DNA of 64,000 nt from Patescibacteria group bacterium (GCA_022710775.1 JAKLGH010000004.1:9277-73276); one strand, 5' to 3'; shown: positions 19,001-28,447, counted from the first letter of the stretch. Made by a program: numbers and translations. Notes: generated by a model from the letters alone, not told the origin.

Positions 19001-19558
19001 ATGTCATATCTCAACGAAAAATACAATAAGGAAGTCGTTCCGGCCATGATTAAGAAGTTTTCTTATAAAAGCAGAATGGCTGTTCCAAAGATCGACAAAG
19101 TAATGATCAATTGCGGATACGGACGGCTGATCGCCGGGAAGACTAAAGATGAAGCAAAGAAGATCCAGGAAGCAATAGCGCGCGACATTGCTTTGATCGC
19201 CGGCCAGAAAGCTGTTCTGACCAAATCGCGCCAGTCTATTTCAAGCTTTAAGATCCGCGAAGGGCAGGAAATAGGATGCAAGACGACTCTGAGAAGGAAA
19301 AAGATGGTTGATTTCTTAGAGAGGGTCATTAATGTAACCTTGCCTCGATCCCGTGATTTTCAGGGTTTGAGCGCTGAAGGAATGGATAAATTCGGGAATT
19401 ACAGCTTTGGGATCAAGGAGCACATCGCTTTTCCGGAAGTATCGCCTGAGAAAGTGAATTTCATTTTCGGCTTTCAAATAACTATTGTTACTACTGCCGA
19501 AAGCAAAGAAGAAGGCTTGGAGCTTTTAAAATTGATCGGGGTTCCGATAAAATCTTAA
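19001..19558 (+). CDS. rplE: 50S ribosomal protein L5
   Basis: In-frame ATG at 19001 gives 185 aa in the spc-operon position. Confidence 0.9.
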   Translation: MSYLNEKYNKEVVPAMIKKFSYKSRMAVPKIDKVMINCGYGRLIAGKTKDEAKKIQEAIARDIALIAGQKAVLTKSRQSISSFKIREGQEIGCKTTLRRKKMVDFLERVINVTLPRSRDFQGLSAEGMDKFGNYSFGIKEHIAFPEVSPEKVNFIFGFQITIVTTAESKEEGLELLKLIGVPIKS

Positions 19559-19570
19559 ACGAATATTCTT

Positions 19571-19756
19571 ATGGCAACACAAGCGCAAATAGCCAAATCA
19601 AATAAGAAACCGAAATTTAAAGCAAGAATTACCCGCCGGTGTTTTAAATGCGGCCGGAAAAACGGTTATATGAGAAAGTTCGGGCTTTGCCGCATCTGTT
19701 TCCGCGAAGCGGCCAACAAGGGTTTGATTCCGGGCATTAAGAAAAGCAGCTGGTAA
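19571..19756 (+). CDS. rpsN: 30S ribosomal protein S14 type Z (zinc form)
   Basis: 61 aa with CFKCGR...CRIC. Confidence 0.9.
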   Translation: MATQAQIAKSNKKPKFKARITRRCFKCGRKNGYMRKFGLCRICFREAANKGLIPGIKKSSW

Positions 19757-19761
19757 ACGGG

Positions 19762-19832
19762 CTATTCGCCTGAGCTATTCAAAGGGAAGGAGTTTTAAAG
19801 CTAAGATCCCTTTTCATAGCCCAAGCGAATAG
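19762..19832 (+). promoter_or_regulatory. Long imperfect hairpin immediately 3' of rpsN
   Basis: Outer 8 bp pair 19762-19769 with 19825-19832. Inner 5 bp + 2x2 loop + 7 bp pair 19774-19787 with 19807-19820. Followed by three CGGGAG repeats. Confidence 0.45.
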
Positions 19833-19878
19833 AACGGGAGTTTGCCGGGAGCGAAAGAGTGACGACCATGCGGGAGAC

Positions 19879-19906
19879 TTGAAAAAAATATTTTTTGTTA
19901 TATAAT
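19879..19906 (+). promoter_or_regulatory. Internal sigma70-like promoter upstream of rpsH
   Basis: TTGAAA, 16 nt, TATAAT, located 12 nt before the rpsH ATG region. Confidence 0.45.
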
Positions 19907-19918
19907 TAAATTCTTCTT

Positions 19919-20323
19919 ATGGATACAGTTTCAAACATGTTAGCGGTGATCAAAAATGGCGAGGCGGTGGAACGGCCGGCGGTTTCCGTTCCTTATTCCA
20001 ATTTAAAGCATGAAATCGCGAAGATTCTAGCTCAGAAAGGTTTTATCGCAAAGGTGGAAAAGAAGAGCCGCAAGATCAGCAAGAGCGCGAAGGTCAAACC
20101 TTGCCTGGAGATTACGCTGAAATATGATAATCGGACGCCGGCGATCACGGGATTCAAGAGGATTTCGACCCAGGGCCAAAGGATTTATCTTCCCTTCAAC
20201 AAGATCAGAAAAGTCAAGCAAGGCTTCGGAATCAGCATAATTTCAACTTCGAAAGGATTAATGACCAACGTGGAGGCCAGAAGAAAGAAGATAGGCGGAG
20301 AGATGCTGTGCGAGGTTTGGTAA
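19919..20323 (+). CDS. rpsH: 30S ribosomal protein S8
   Basis: 134 aa. DTVSNMLAVIKNG N-terminus. Confidence 0.92.
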   Translation: MDTVSNMLAVIKNGEAVERPAVSVPYSNLKHEIAKILAQKGFIAKVEKKSRKISKSAKVKPCLEITLKYDNRTPAITGFKRISTQGQRIYLPFNKIRKVKQGFGISIISTSKGLMTNVEARRKKIGGEMLCEVW

Positions 20324-20360
20324 TCGGTATGCCGTCCTTAAAGAAACAGATAATAAAATT

Positions 20361-20903
20361 ATGAGCCGAATAGGAAAAAAACCAATAACAATACCTGATG
20401 GCGTCGAGGTGAAGCTTGACCAAAGGATTCTTACGGTTAAAGGGCCGAAGGGCCAATTATCGCGCGAAATTCCTGCTACTATCGCAATTGAAATCGCGGA
20501 AAAGGAAGTTAATGTAACTGCCAGCGGGGAAGATAAATTCTCAAGGTCTTTGTGGGGAACGATGAGGATGCATGTCAGCAACATGGTTGAAGGAGTGAGT
20601 AAAGGCTTTATTAAGCAATTACAGATAGAAGGTATCGGATACCGCGCCAGCGTGGAAGGGGAAAACTTGGTTTTGCAGGTTGGATATACCCATCCGGTAA
20701 AGATCTCCGCGGAAAAGGATATTAAATTCACTGTGGAAAAAAATATCGTTACGGTATCAGGAATCAATAAAGAAATTGTTACTAAAATTGCCGCCCTGAC
20801 CAAACGCGTACGCCCTCCCGAACCTTATAAAGGCAAGGGGATTCGGTACGTCGGAGAGAAGATAAGAAGGAAAGTAGGCAAAAAGACGGCAGCTGGCAAA
20901 TAA
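20361..20903 (+). CDS. rplF: 50S ribosomal protein L6
   Basis: MSRIGKKPITIPDGVEV N-terminus. 180 aa. Confidence 0.92.
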   Translation: MSRIGKKPITIPDGVEVKLDQRILTVKGPKGQLSREIPATIAIEIAEKEVNVTASGEDKFSRSLWGTMRMHVSNMVEGVSKGFIKQLQIEGIGYRASVEGENLVLQVGYTHPVKISAEKDIKFTVEKNIVTVSGINKEIVTKIAALTKRVRPPEPYKGKGIRYVGEKIRRKVGKKTAAGK

Positions 20904-20968
20904 TGCCGTTCAGCTTCTTATTTATCCACAATGAAGCAAAGCGGCCTGGAAATTAATTAGACATCAAC

Positions 20969-21388
20969 ATGAACACGAGAAATAGGACAATCACCAAAAT
21001 AGCTAAAAGAGGAAGACGCCACGCGCGAGTGAGGGCGAGAGTGGCAGGAATTACCGCAAAACCCCGATTGTATGTTTTTCGTTCGAACCAGCATATTTAT
21101 GCGCAAGTCATCGATGACCAAAAGAACAAGACTTTAATCGTTGTTAGCGATAAAGGGATAAAGACTACGAAAACAAAACCGGCGGAATTAAATAAAAACC
21201 CTAAAAAAGGAGCCGATAAGGAATTGTCCGGAAAACAGGCAGTCGCATTCGAGGTTGGCAGGCAAGTTGCCGAAAAAGCGAAAGAGATGAAGATTGCCGA
21301 GGTTGTTTTTGACCGCGGAGGATATCTTTACCACGGACGCGTCAAAAGCTTAGCCGATGGAGCCAGACAGGGAGGGCTTAAGTTCTAA
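20969..21388 (+). CDS. rplR: 50S ribosomal protein L18
   Basis: 139 aa with [18 protein letters not shown] and a K-rich internal insertion. Confidence 0.9.
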   Translation: MNTRNRTITKIAKRGRRHARVRARVAGITAKPRLYVFRSNQHIYAQVIDDQKNKTLIVVSDKGIKTTKTKPAELNKNPKKGADKELSGKQAVAFEVGRQVAEKAKEMKIAEVVFDRGGYLYHGRVKSLADGARQGGLKF

Positions 21389-21426
21389 ATTAAGGAACAG
21401 CCAAGGAAAAATTAAACGTAAAAACA

Positions 21427-22107
21427 ATGGAAGAAAAAAACCAAGCAACCAATACAGAAGCTCCGGTCCAAGCTACTGCCGCCGCCGTTCAAAAACCACA
21501 GGATGCGTTCCAGGCGAGACCGGAGAGGCGAGGGTTTAATCCTCAACAAAGAGGAAGATTTTCCGGCCGTCCGCAAGGAGATCAAAGGGGATTTCGGAGA
21601 GATTCCCGGGAAAAGAAAGATGATATGGAGTCCAAACTTCTGGATCTGGCCAGGGTTTCACATACCAGGGCCGGGGGCAGGCGTTTGCGTTTCCGCGCGA
21701 TCGTGGTTTGCGGGAATAGGGCCGGCAGGGTAGGATTTGGGGTTGCGTCCGGTTTAGATGTGGCCCAGGCAGTTGAAAAGGCGACTTATCAGTCCAAGAA
21801 GAATATGATCGATGTTCCGATCATGAACGAAACGATTGCCCACGAGATTACCGCCAAGGTTGGTCCCGCCAAGGTTTTGCTTAAGCCCCAACAGAAAGGC
21901 AGGGGATTGATAGCTGGCGGAGTTGTGCGCTTGATCTGCCAATTGGCGGGAATAAAGAACATTTCTTCAAAACTTCTGGGTACTACCAAGAATAAATTAA
22001 ATAACGGCCGCGCGACAATTCTGGCATTTAAAAAATTAAAGGCTCAGGGAGAAACAAAGGCAGCCGCAGTATCCGTGAAAGAGGAAATTAAACAGGCCGC
22101 CCAATAG
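21427..22107 (+). CDS. rpsE: 30S ribosomal protein S5 (long Q/R/G-rich N-terminal extension)
   Basis: 226 aa. The S5 core starts near LLDLARVSHTRAGGRRLRFRA. Confidence 0.9.
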   Translation: MEEKNQATNTEAPVQATAAAVQKPQDAFQARPERRGFNPQQRGRFSGRPQGDQRGFRRDSREKKDDMESKLLDLARVSHTRAGGRRLRFRAIVVCGNRAGRVGFGVASGLDVAQAVEKATYQSKKNMIDVPIMNETIAHEITAKVGPAKVLLKPQQKGRGLIAGGVVRLICQLAGIKNISSKLLGTTKNKLNNGRATILAFKKLKAQGETKAAAVSVKEEIKQAAQ

Positions 22108-22128
22108 AGCCGGGGTGAACACAAAAAT

Positions 22129-22560
22129 ATGCAGTTAAACCAAATTATCACAATTAACAAGCCCAAGAAATCGAAAAGGATTGGGCGCGGCGGAAAACGC
22201 GGCACTTATTCGGGTCATGGCGGCAAAGGGCAAACAGCAAGATCCGGAAGGAAAATGCGCCCCATCGTCCGCGACATCATCAAAAAATATCCCAAATTAA
22301 GAGGGTATAAGAACCACGCGGTAAGCGTTAAACCTCAAATTATGAATGTTTCAGAGTTAGAGAAGAAATTCCAGAAAGGCGATACCGTGAGCCCCAAAGT
22401 GCTCTATGAGAAAAATCTGACTACTCGCGCCGGAGGCGTATTGAGCGAAGTTAAAATTCTAGGATCGGGAGAGCTGAAGAAAGAACTGCATATCAAAGGA
22501 TGCGTTGTTTCAAAAACCGCCAGAGAAAAAATAGTTAAAGCCGGAGGAACCGTCAAGTAG
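22129..22560 (+). CDS. rplO: 50S ribosomal protein L15
   Basis: 143 aa with RIGRGGKRGTYSGHGGKGQ. Follows rpsE directly, with no rpmD between them. Confidence 0.9.
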   Translation: MQLNQIITINKPKKSKRIGRGGKRGTYSGHGGKGQTARSGRKMRPIVRDIIKKYPKLRGYKNHAVSVKPQIMNVSELEKKFQKGDTVSPKVLYEKNLTTRAGGVLSEVKILGSGELKKELHIKGCVVSKTAREKIVKAGGTVK

Positions 22561-22631
22561 ATCGAGCACGGTTCGCATCTGTTTGGGGCTTTAACCGCCG
22601 CCAGATAAAAAAAATTCGAAAAATCAAAACA

Positions 22632-22687
22632 CGAATGTTTAAAACAAATTCAATGTTTTAAACATTCGGATTTCGGTATTCGGATTT
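22632..22687 (+). repeat. Hairpin + (A/T)TTCGG heptad element, copy 1
   Basis: Perfect 15-bp stem cgaatgtttaaaaca/tgttttaaacattcg (22632-22668), then ATTCGG-ATTTCGG-TATTCGG-ATTT. Ends 6 nt before the secY ATG. Confidence 0.6.
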
Positions 22688-22693
22688 ATTGCC

Positions 22694-23971
22694 ATGTGGT
22701 ACCAACGATTAACTCAAATTTTTAAGATTAAAGACTTGCGAAGCAGGATTCTTTTCATTTTTGGGATATTCGCGCTGGCGCGTTTGATGGCCAATATTCC
22801 CATACCCGGCATTGATTTAGAGAGGCTGCGCATGTTTATGGACCAGTTTCAAAGTTTTAAGCTGCTGGGCGCTTTTACCGGCGGCTCAATGGATAATATG
22901 TCGGTAGCCATGCTTGGTTTGGGGCCGTATATCACCGCGATCATCATTTTACAGCTGCTCACAATGATTTTTCCGTCTTTAGAAAGGATGTATAAGGAAG
23001 AAGGCGAAGCGGGACGCAGTAAATTCAACCAATACGCGAGGATCGCGAGCATTCCTCTCGCGGCCTTGCAAGGATATGCCATGCTGGTTTTGCTTACGCG
23101 TCAAAACGTTGCTCATTTCGATTCACCGATTATTTTATTCGCGGCGCTTGCGACCGTAACGTCCGCGTCCCTGCTTTTGATGTGGCTGGGAGAACTTATC
23201 TCAGAAAAAGGGATCGGGAACGGAGTATCGCTGCTGATCTTTGCCGGCATTATTTCAAGTTTTCCAACCAGTTTGCGCCAGATCATATTTGACTGGGATC
23301 CGACCAAAACCCTTAGCTACATCCTGTTTATGATAGCTTCGGTGGCTATTATTGCCGGGGTTGTTTTGATCAACGAAAGTCGGCGGAACATCCCGGTTTC
23401 TTATGCCAAGCGCGTGAGAGGAAATAAAATGTTCGGAGGAGTTTCCACTTATTTGCCTTTAAATATTAATCCTGCCGGGGTTATACCGATTATTTTCGCT
23501 TTATCGATTTTGCTTTTTCCTTCAATGATAGCCAGTTTCTTGGGCGGATACTCTGGATTTGTGGGGCAGGCGGCAACCGCGGTCAACAATTTTTTCAATA
23601 ACCAGCTTTTTTACGGAATTGCTTACTTTATTCTTGTTGTTTTGTTCACGTATTTCTATACGGCAGTGACTTTTGATCCGAAAAACATTGCCTCAAACCT
23701 CCAGAAAATGGGAGGATTTGTGCCGGGCATCAGGCCGGGAACGCCGACAGCAACCTATATGTACTATATTTTAAACCGGGTTTTGCTGGTAGGCGCCGTG
23801 TTTCTTGGCTTGATTGCCGTTATGCCTTCGATCATCGGTGCCGCTACCCAGGTCAACACATTCTCGTTTATGGTGGGCGGTACTTCGTTATTGATCGCGG
23901 TGAGTGTGATTTTGGAAACAGCACGCCAAATTAACGCCCAATTGCAAATGCGCGAATATGAAACTTTCTAA
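22694..23971 (+). CDS. secY: Preprotein translocase subunit SecY
   Basis: 425 aa, 10-TM pattern, in the canonical position after rplO. Confidence 0.92.
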   Translation: MWYQRLTQIFKIKDLRSRILFIFGIFALARLMANIPIPGIDLERLRMFMDQFQSFKLLGAFTGGSMDNMSVAMLGLGPYITAIIILQLLTMIFPSLERMYKEEGEAGRSKFNQYARIASIPLAALQGYAMLVLLTRQNVAHFDSPIILFAALATVTSASLLLMWLGELISEKGIGNGVSLLIFAGIISSFPTSLRQIIFDWDPTKTLSYILFMIASVAIIAGVVLINESRRNIPVSYAKRVRGNKMFGGVSTYLPLNINPAGVIPIIFALSILLFPSMIASFLGGYSGFVGQAATAVNNFFNNQLFYGIAYFILVVLFTYFYTAVTFDPKNIASNLQKMGGFVPGIRPGTPTATYMYYILNRVLLVGAVFLGLIAVMPSIIGAATQVNTFSFMVGGTSLLIAVSVILETARQINAQLQMREYETF

Positions 23972-24752
23972 CAACACTAACTTGGAATCTCAAAAAAAAA
24001 GTGCGGATCTTTCAAATAACAACGGAAATGGGAATCAAAAGCAGAAAGTGATAATCATTTTCGGGCCTCCGGGATCAGGCAAGGGAAGCCAGGCCGATCT
24101 TTTGTCGAAAAAATTCTATTTTTATAATCTTGAAACAAGCAAGGTCCTTGAGGAGAAGTTTAAAAAGGCGCGCTCCAACGAATCTATCGAAGTTGACGGT
24201 AAGAAATATCTGATTGCCGATGAAGCTAAGCTTTGGAGGGAAGGAATTCTTTGCAGCCCGACGATGGTCACTTATCTGATCAAGAAACAGATCGAGGAAA
24301 TTTACTCGATGAGGAAATCTTTGATCATGACCGGATCGCCCCGGACGCTTTACGAGGCCCAGCAATTAATGCCATACCTTAAGGAGAAATTCGGCAAAGA
24401 AAACATCTCCGTGATCTTCTTGAAGCTTACGGCCAAGCAGACGATTTTCCGTAACACCAACCGCCGCATCTGCGAGTTGATGAGGCATCCTATTCTTTAT
24501 ACCAAGGAAAACGCTCATCTTACGCGCTGTCCTCTGGATGGATCAAAGCTGTTGCGGCGGAAAGGCTTGGACAGTCCGGAAACCATCAAGGTGAGATTAA
24601 AGGAATACGAACAAAGGACCCTCCCCCTGCTCAATTACTTTAAAGAACAGGGCTTGGAAATCAAAACGATCAATGCGGGACAGCTTGTGGAGAAAGTTTT
24701 GAAAGACGTTCTCAAAGCTCTCGGAAAAGACTATAAAAATTACGAACTTTAA
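23958..24752 (+). CDS. adk: Adenylate kinase (N-terminal N/Q-rich extension)
   Basis: IIIFGPPGSGKGSQ P-loop. Position after secY. Overlaps the secY stop. Confidence 0.85.
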   Translation: MKLSNNTNLESQKKSADLSNNNGNGNQKQKVIIIFGPPGSGKGSQADLLSKKFYFYNLETSKVLEEKFKKARSNESIEVDGKKYLIADEAKLWREGILCSPTMVTYLIKKQIEEIYSMRKSLIMTGSPRTLYEAQQLMPYLKEKFGKENISVIFLKLTAKQTIFRNTNRRICELMRHPILYTKENAHLTRCPLDGSKLLRRKGLDSPETIKVRLKEYEQRTLPLLNYFKEQGLEIKTINAGQLVEKVLKDVLKALGKDYKNYEL

Positions 24753-24808
24753 ACGAAAAATTGGCTACCCCGGGTTTCTCCCCTGGGTAGTCTACTAAAG
24801 AAACCAAA

Positions 24809-25600
24809 ATGATCTCGATAAAAAGTCCGAATGATTTGGAATTGATGCGCCAAGGAGGCCGGATTTTGGCTGTAATTTTGTATCAAGTTTCAAAAGAGGT
24901 CAAACCGGGGGTTGCAACCAGGGATCTGGACCGGCTGGCTGAAAGCCTGATCTTTGAACTGGGCGGAAGTCCGTCTTTCAAGGGATATAACCGCTTTCCC
25001 GCGGCTATGTGTATTTCCGTTAACGAGGAAATCGTCCACGGCATACCCTCGGACCGGGTTCTTAAAGAAGGCGAGGTGGTAACACTCGATTTGGGAATAT
25101 TGTATAAGGGTTTTCACAGCGATATGGCTATAACAGTTGGAGTGGGGAGCATTGAGCCCGAGATCCAGCGATTAATCCGCGTTACGCGCAAAGCGTTAAA
25201 GCGGGGGATAAAAAAGGCTCGGGTTGGCAATACATTCGGGGATATTGGCAACACGATCGAAAGATATGTCGAAGGCCAGGGTTTTGGCGTGGTTCGAGAG
25301 CTTTGCGGGCATGGTATTGGAAAACGCCTGCATGAAGACCCTCAGATTATGAATTTCGGAAAACGACGCAGCGGCCCTGCTATTAAAGCCGGAATGACTT
25401 TTTGCATTGAACCGATGGTAACCATTGGAGACTGGCACGCTAAGATTGCGAAAGACGGCTTAAGCTACGTAACTAAAGACAAAAGCTGGGCTGCCCACTT
25501 CGAACATACGATCGCGGTTTTGCCCGAAGGTCCGGAAATTCTTACCCGTTTGGAAGGAGAATCCGAGAACCGAGAACTTGATGAAGAAGAACCGGAATAG
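24809..25600 (+). CDS. map: Type I methionine aminopeptidase
   Basis: 263 aa. Metal ligands in DLG..Y.G.HSDMA, HGIG and FCIEP/EHT context. Confidence 0.9.
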   Translation: MISIKSPNDLELMRQGGRILAVILYQVSKEVKPGVATRDLDRLAESLIFELGGSPSFKGYNRFPAAMCISVNEEIVHGIPSDRVLKEGEVVTLDLGILYKGFHSDMAITVGVGSIEPEIQRLIRVTRKALKRGIKKARVGNTFGDIGNTIERYVEGQGFGVVRELCGHGIGKRLHEDPQIMNFGKRRSGPAIKAGMTFCIEPMVTIGDWHAKIAKDGLSYVTKDKSWAAHFEHTIAVLPEGPEILTRLEGESENRELDEEEPE

Positions 25601-25606
25601 GCTTAG

Positions 25607-25633
25607 CGCCGCAGAAATGCGGCGTTTGTCTTT
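25607..25633 (+). terminator. Rho-independent terminator after map
   Basis: cgccgca-gaaa-tgcggcg followed by TTTGTCTTT. Confidence 0.65.
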
Positions 25634-25733
25634 GATAAATCAGCCCGTTGTGATAAATTTAAATAACAATAATGCTGCGCGCGGATTGTCGCAGTATTTC
25701 TTAGGATATCAATTATATATTAATTAAAAGATC

Positions 25734-26471
25734 ATGGTTAATCCACGCTTATCCGTCATCGTGCCTTCGTATAACGAAAGCCAGAGGATACTCCAAACCC
25801 TTGAAGCCCTTGATTCTTACTTAAAAAAACAGAATTATTCTTATGAGATCATTGTCGTAAGCGACGGCTCCAAGGATGATACAGCCAAGGTAGTCGAAAG
25901 CCTTAAATCAAAGGTGGCCAATTTACGCCTGATTGCGAATACGGATAATCACGGCAAAGGATATGTTGTCCGCCAAGGAATGCTGGAAGCGCGCGGGGAA
26001 TATCGTTTATTTACCGACTCGGATAATTCTACGCCCATTGAACAGGTTGAGAAGCTATGGCCGTATTTTGATCAGGGTTTTGACGTGGTGATCGGTTCCC
26101 GAGATGCCAAAGGAGCGGTTCTTGATCCGCCCCAGCCCATGCTTCGCCGTTTTTTGGGAGAGATGTTCGGCTTTCTTACCAATCTTATCGTTGGGACATG
26201 GGGCATTGCCGATACGCAATGCGGGTTCAAGGCGCTGACCGCTAAAGCAACGGTTGAAATCATGCCGTTATGCAAGATTGAGAGATTCGCTTTCGATCCG
26301 GAGATCCTGGCCATTGCCAAAATGAAGAAAAAAAAGATCAAGGAGGTGGGGATCTTGTGGAAGAACGATACGCGCAGCACCGTGAAATTCAAGTCGATGG
26401 TAAAAATGTTTTTCGATCTGTTTAAGATCCGTTTAAACATGGTCAACGGAGTTTATGGAAGAAACAAATAA
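25734..26471 (+). CDS. Family 2 glycosyltransferase (dolichyl/polyprenyl-phosphate glycosyltransferase-like)
   Basis: VIVPSYNE N-terminus and a DSD (DxD) motif. 245 aa. Confidence 0.7.
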   Translation: MVNPRLSVIVPSYNESQRILQTLEALDSYLKKQNYSYEIIVVSDGSKDDTAKVVESLKSKVANLRLIANTDNHGKGYVVRQGMLEARGEYRLFTDSDNSTPIEQVEKLWPYFDQGFDVVIGSRDAKGAVLDPPQPMLRRFLGEMFGFLTNLIVGTWGIADTQCGFKALTAKATVEIMPLCKIERFAFDPEILAIAKMKKKKIKEVGILWKNDTRSTVKFKSMVKMFFDLFKIRLNMVNGVYGRNK

Positions 26472-27495
26472 TAATTATTGCCAGTTTCCGTCGCAGTTTC
26501 GTTATGATCCGGTTTCCCAGGATTGGGTGATTGTTGCGGTTGGCCGCGGCAAGCGGCCCGAAGCGTTCAAAAGCAACCGCGCCAAGATCATGGTACCTCC
26601 GCAGAATTGCGTTTTTTGCAACCAAAAAAACGAAGATCCCAGAAAGTTGGTGATGGTTAGCGGAAAGGTTTTTAAAGGGTCTGGTTTGCCGGCGGATTGG
26701 ACCTTGATCGTTATTCCCAATAAGTTCCCGGCATTCTGCCCAGCCGAGAAGATTGAGAAGGTCAAGATCGGAAAATTTTATCAAATAATGACCGCGGCCG
26801 GTTTTTGCGAAGTGGTTATAACCCGGGGCCATGACAATCATATCTTTCAAATGGAAACGGCTCAGGTTAAGGAGCTGATCGATGCTTATCAGATCAGGTA
26901 TCTGGCTTTAAAAAAAGAGAAGTTTGTCAAGTTTATTTCCATTTTCCACAATTACGGCCCTGAAGCCGGCGCTTCCCAGCCGCATCCCCATTCGCAGATA
27001 ATCACCAGTCCGTTCGTTGATGCCGATTTTAACCGATCGCTTACTATGGCTAAACGTTATAAAGCCAAGAACGGAAAATGCATTTATTGCGAAATGAACA
27101 AATTGGAGAAAAAAGAAAAAAGCCGGATCGTTTTCGAGAACGACCACTTTTTGGCGGTTTGCCCGTTTGCTTCCAAGACGGCGTTCGAAACCATCATCAG
27201 CCCCAAAAAGCATTTTTCCCGGTTCGAGGAAATAAGCGAAGAGATGAAGTTGAGTTTAGCCGAAGCGTTCCGGACGGTTTTGGGGAAGATCAAGAATGGC
27301 TTAAACGACCCATCGTTTAATTATTATCTTCATACCTCTCCGTCCGATGGAAAACTTCACCCGTATTATCACTGGCATTGGACGATTTTTCCGAGGATCG
27401 GAATCCAGGCCGGTTTCGAGATCGGAACGAAAATGGAGATATCAACCATCGAGCCGGAAGCGGCAGCCGATTATTTGCGCAACCAAAACGCTTGA
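26455..27495 (+). CDS. galT: Galactose-1-phosphate uridylyltransferase-like (HIT superfamily)
   Basis: 346 aa. CVFC zinc motif and the HPHSQ active-site motif. Confidence 0.7.
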   Translation: MEETNNNYCQFPSQFRYDPVSQDWVIVAVGRGKRPEAFKSNRAKIMVPPQNCVFCNQKNEDPRKLVMVSGKVFKGSGLPADWTLIVIPNKFPAFCPAEKIEKVKIGKFYQIMTAAGFCEVVITRGHDNHIFQMETAQVKELIDAYQIRYLALKKEKFVKFISIFHNYGPEAGASQPHPHSQIITSPFVDADFNRSLTMAKRYKAKNGKCIYCEMNKLEKKEKSRIVFENDHFLAVCPFASKTAFETIISPKKHFSRFEEISEEMKLSLAEAFRTVLGKIKNGLNDPSFNYYLHTSPSDGKLHPYYHWHWTIFPRIGIQAGFEIGTKMEISTIEPEAAADYLRNQNA

Positions 27496-27690
27496 TGCGA
27501 GTTTCTTTATATAATAGACCTACTGCTCAAAGATTTCCTACTGCGCCAATCCTCTTTAAGCTACGAAAAATTCATCAGTCGGCGGCAGGCTTTAAGCTAA
27601 GCATGCCTTTTCCTTCTTCATTTTTCTCGCTCAGAAGATGCTTTGCTCGCTACGAGAATCTTTAAGCATTAGGCCTAAAAAACAAACAAG

Positions 27691-28416
27691 ATGAAATATT
27701 ATTTATTTGGAAATTGGAAATGCAATCCGGTCAGCGCTCAGGAGGCAAAAAAACTGATTTCAGATACCGCCAAAAGCGTTAAAAGAACGGAAAAAGTTGA
27801 AGTCGCTGTTTTTCCGCCTTTTTGCTATCTTTACGAGGTTGTCGGCAAAAAGAAGGAAGTAGCGGTTGGCGCGCAGAATTGCTGCTTTAAGGAAGCCGGC
27901 GCGTTTACCGGAGAAGTGTCGCCTAGGCAGATTGCCGATCTTGAATGCAAATACGTTTTGATCGGCCATTCGGAACGCCGGAAAATATTTTCCGAGACCG
28001 ACAGTTTCGTGAATGATAAAACAAAACTGGCCTTGGCTTGCGGCCTGGTTCCGGTCGTGTGCGTGGGGGAGACTGACGAAGAAAGGACGGCCGGGAGAGC
28101 TGTTGAGATCGTTACGGGCCAGATCGAGGCTGGTCTGAAAGACGTCGATGCCAAGCAGGTTTTGGTCGCTTACGAGCCGGTTTGGGCCATCGGAACAGGT
28201 AAGGCTTGCGGTCTCGCCGAGGCCCGGGAGATAAGCCGAATGATCAAAGAGGCGCTTGGTTCGGAAACCCCGGTTTTATACGGAGGCAGCGCCAACGCCA
28301 AAAACGGAGCGGTTTATTTGAAGGAAGCAGGCTACGACGGTTTATTGGTCGGCGGGGCATCGCTGAAAGCCGATGAGTTTGCCAAAATGTTTGAAGAGAT
28401 CGAAGGTTTGGATTGA
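27691..28416 (+). CDS. tpiA: Triosephosphate isomerase
   Basis: NWKCN, IGHSERR, AYEPVWAIGTG and YGGS motifs. Confidence 0.92.
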   Translation: MKYYLFGNWKCNPVSAQEAKKLISDTAKSVKRTEKVEVAVFPPFCYLYEVVGKKKEVAVGAQNCCFKEAGAFTGEVSPRQIADLECKYVLIGHSERRKIFSETDSFVNDKTKLALACGLVPVVCVGETDEERTAGRAVEIVTGQIEAGLKDVDAKQVLVAYEPVWAIGTGKACGLAEAREISRMIKEALGSETPVLYGGSANAKNGAVYLKEAGYDGLLVGGASLKADEFAKMFEEIEGLD

Positions 28417-28447
28417 TGTTATGGCTATAATTTCTTCGTTTTTTACA

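Noticed and set aside
26443-26850. Minus-strand 135-aa ORF opposite the GT2/galT junction
   Set aside because: It overlaps two well-supported plus-strand genes and has no RBS or family resemblance.
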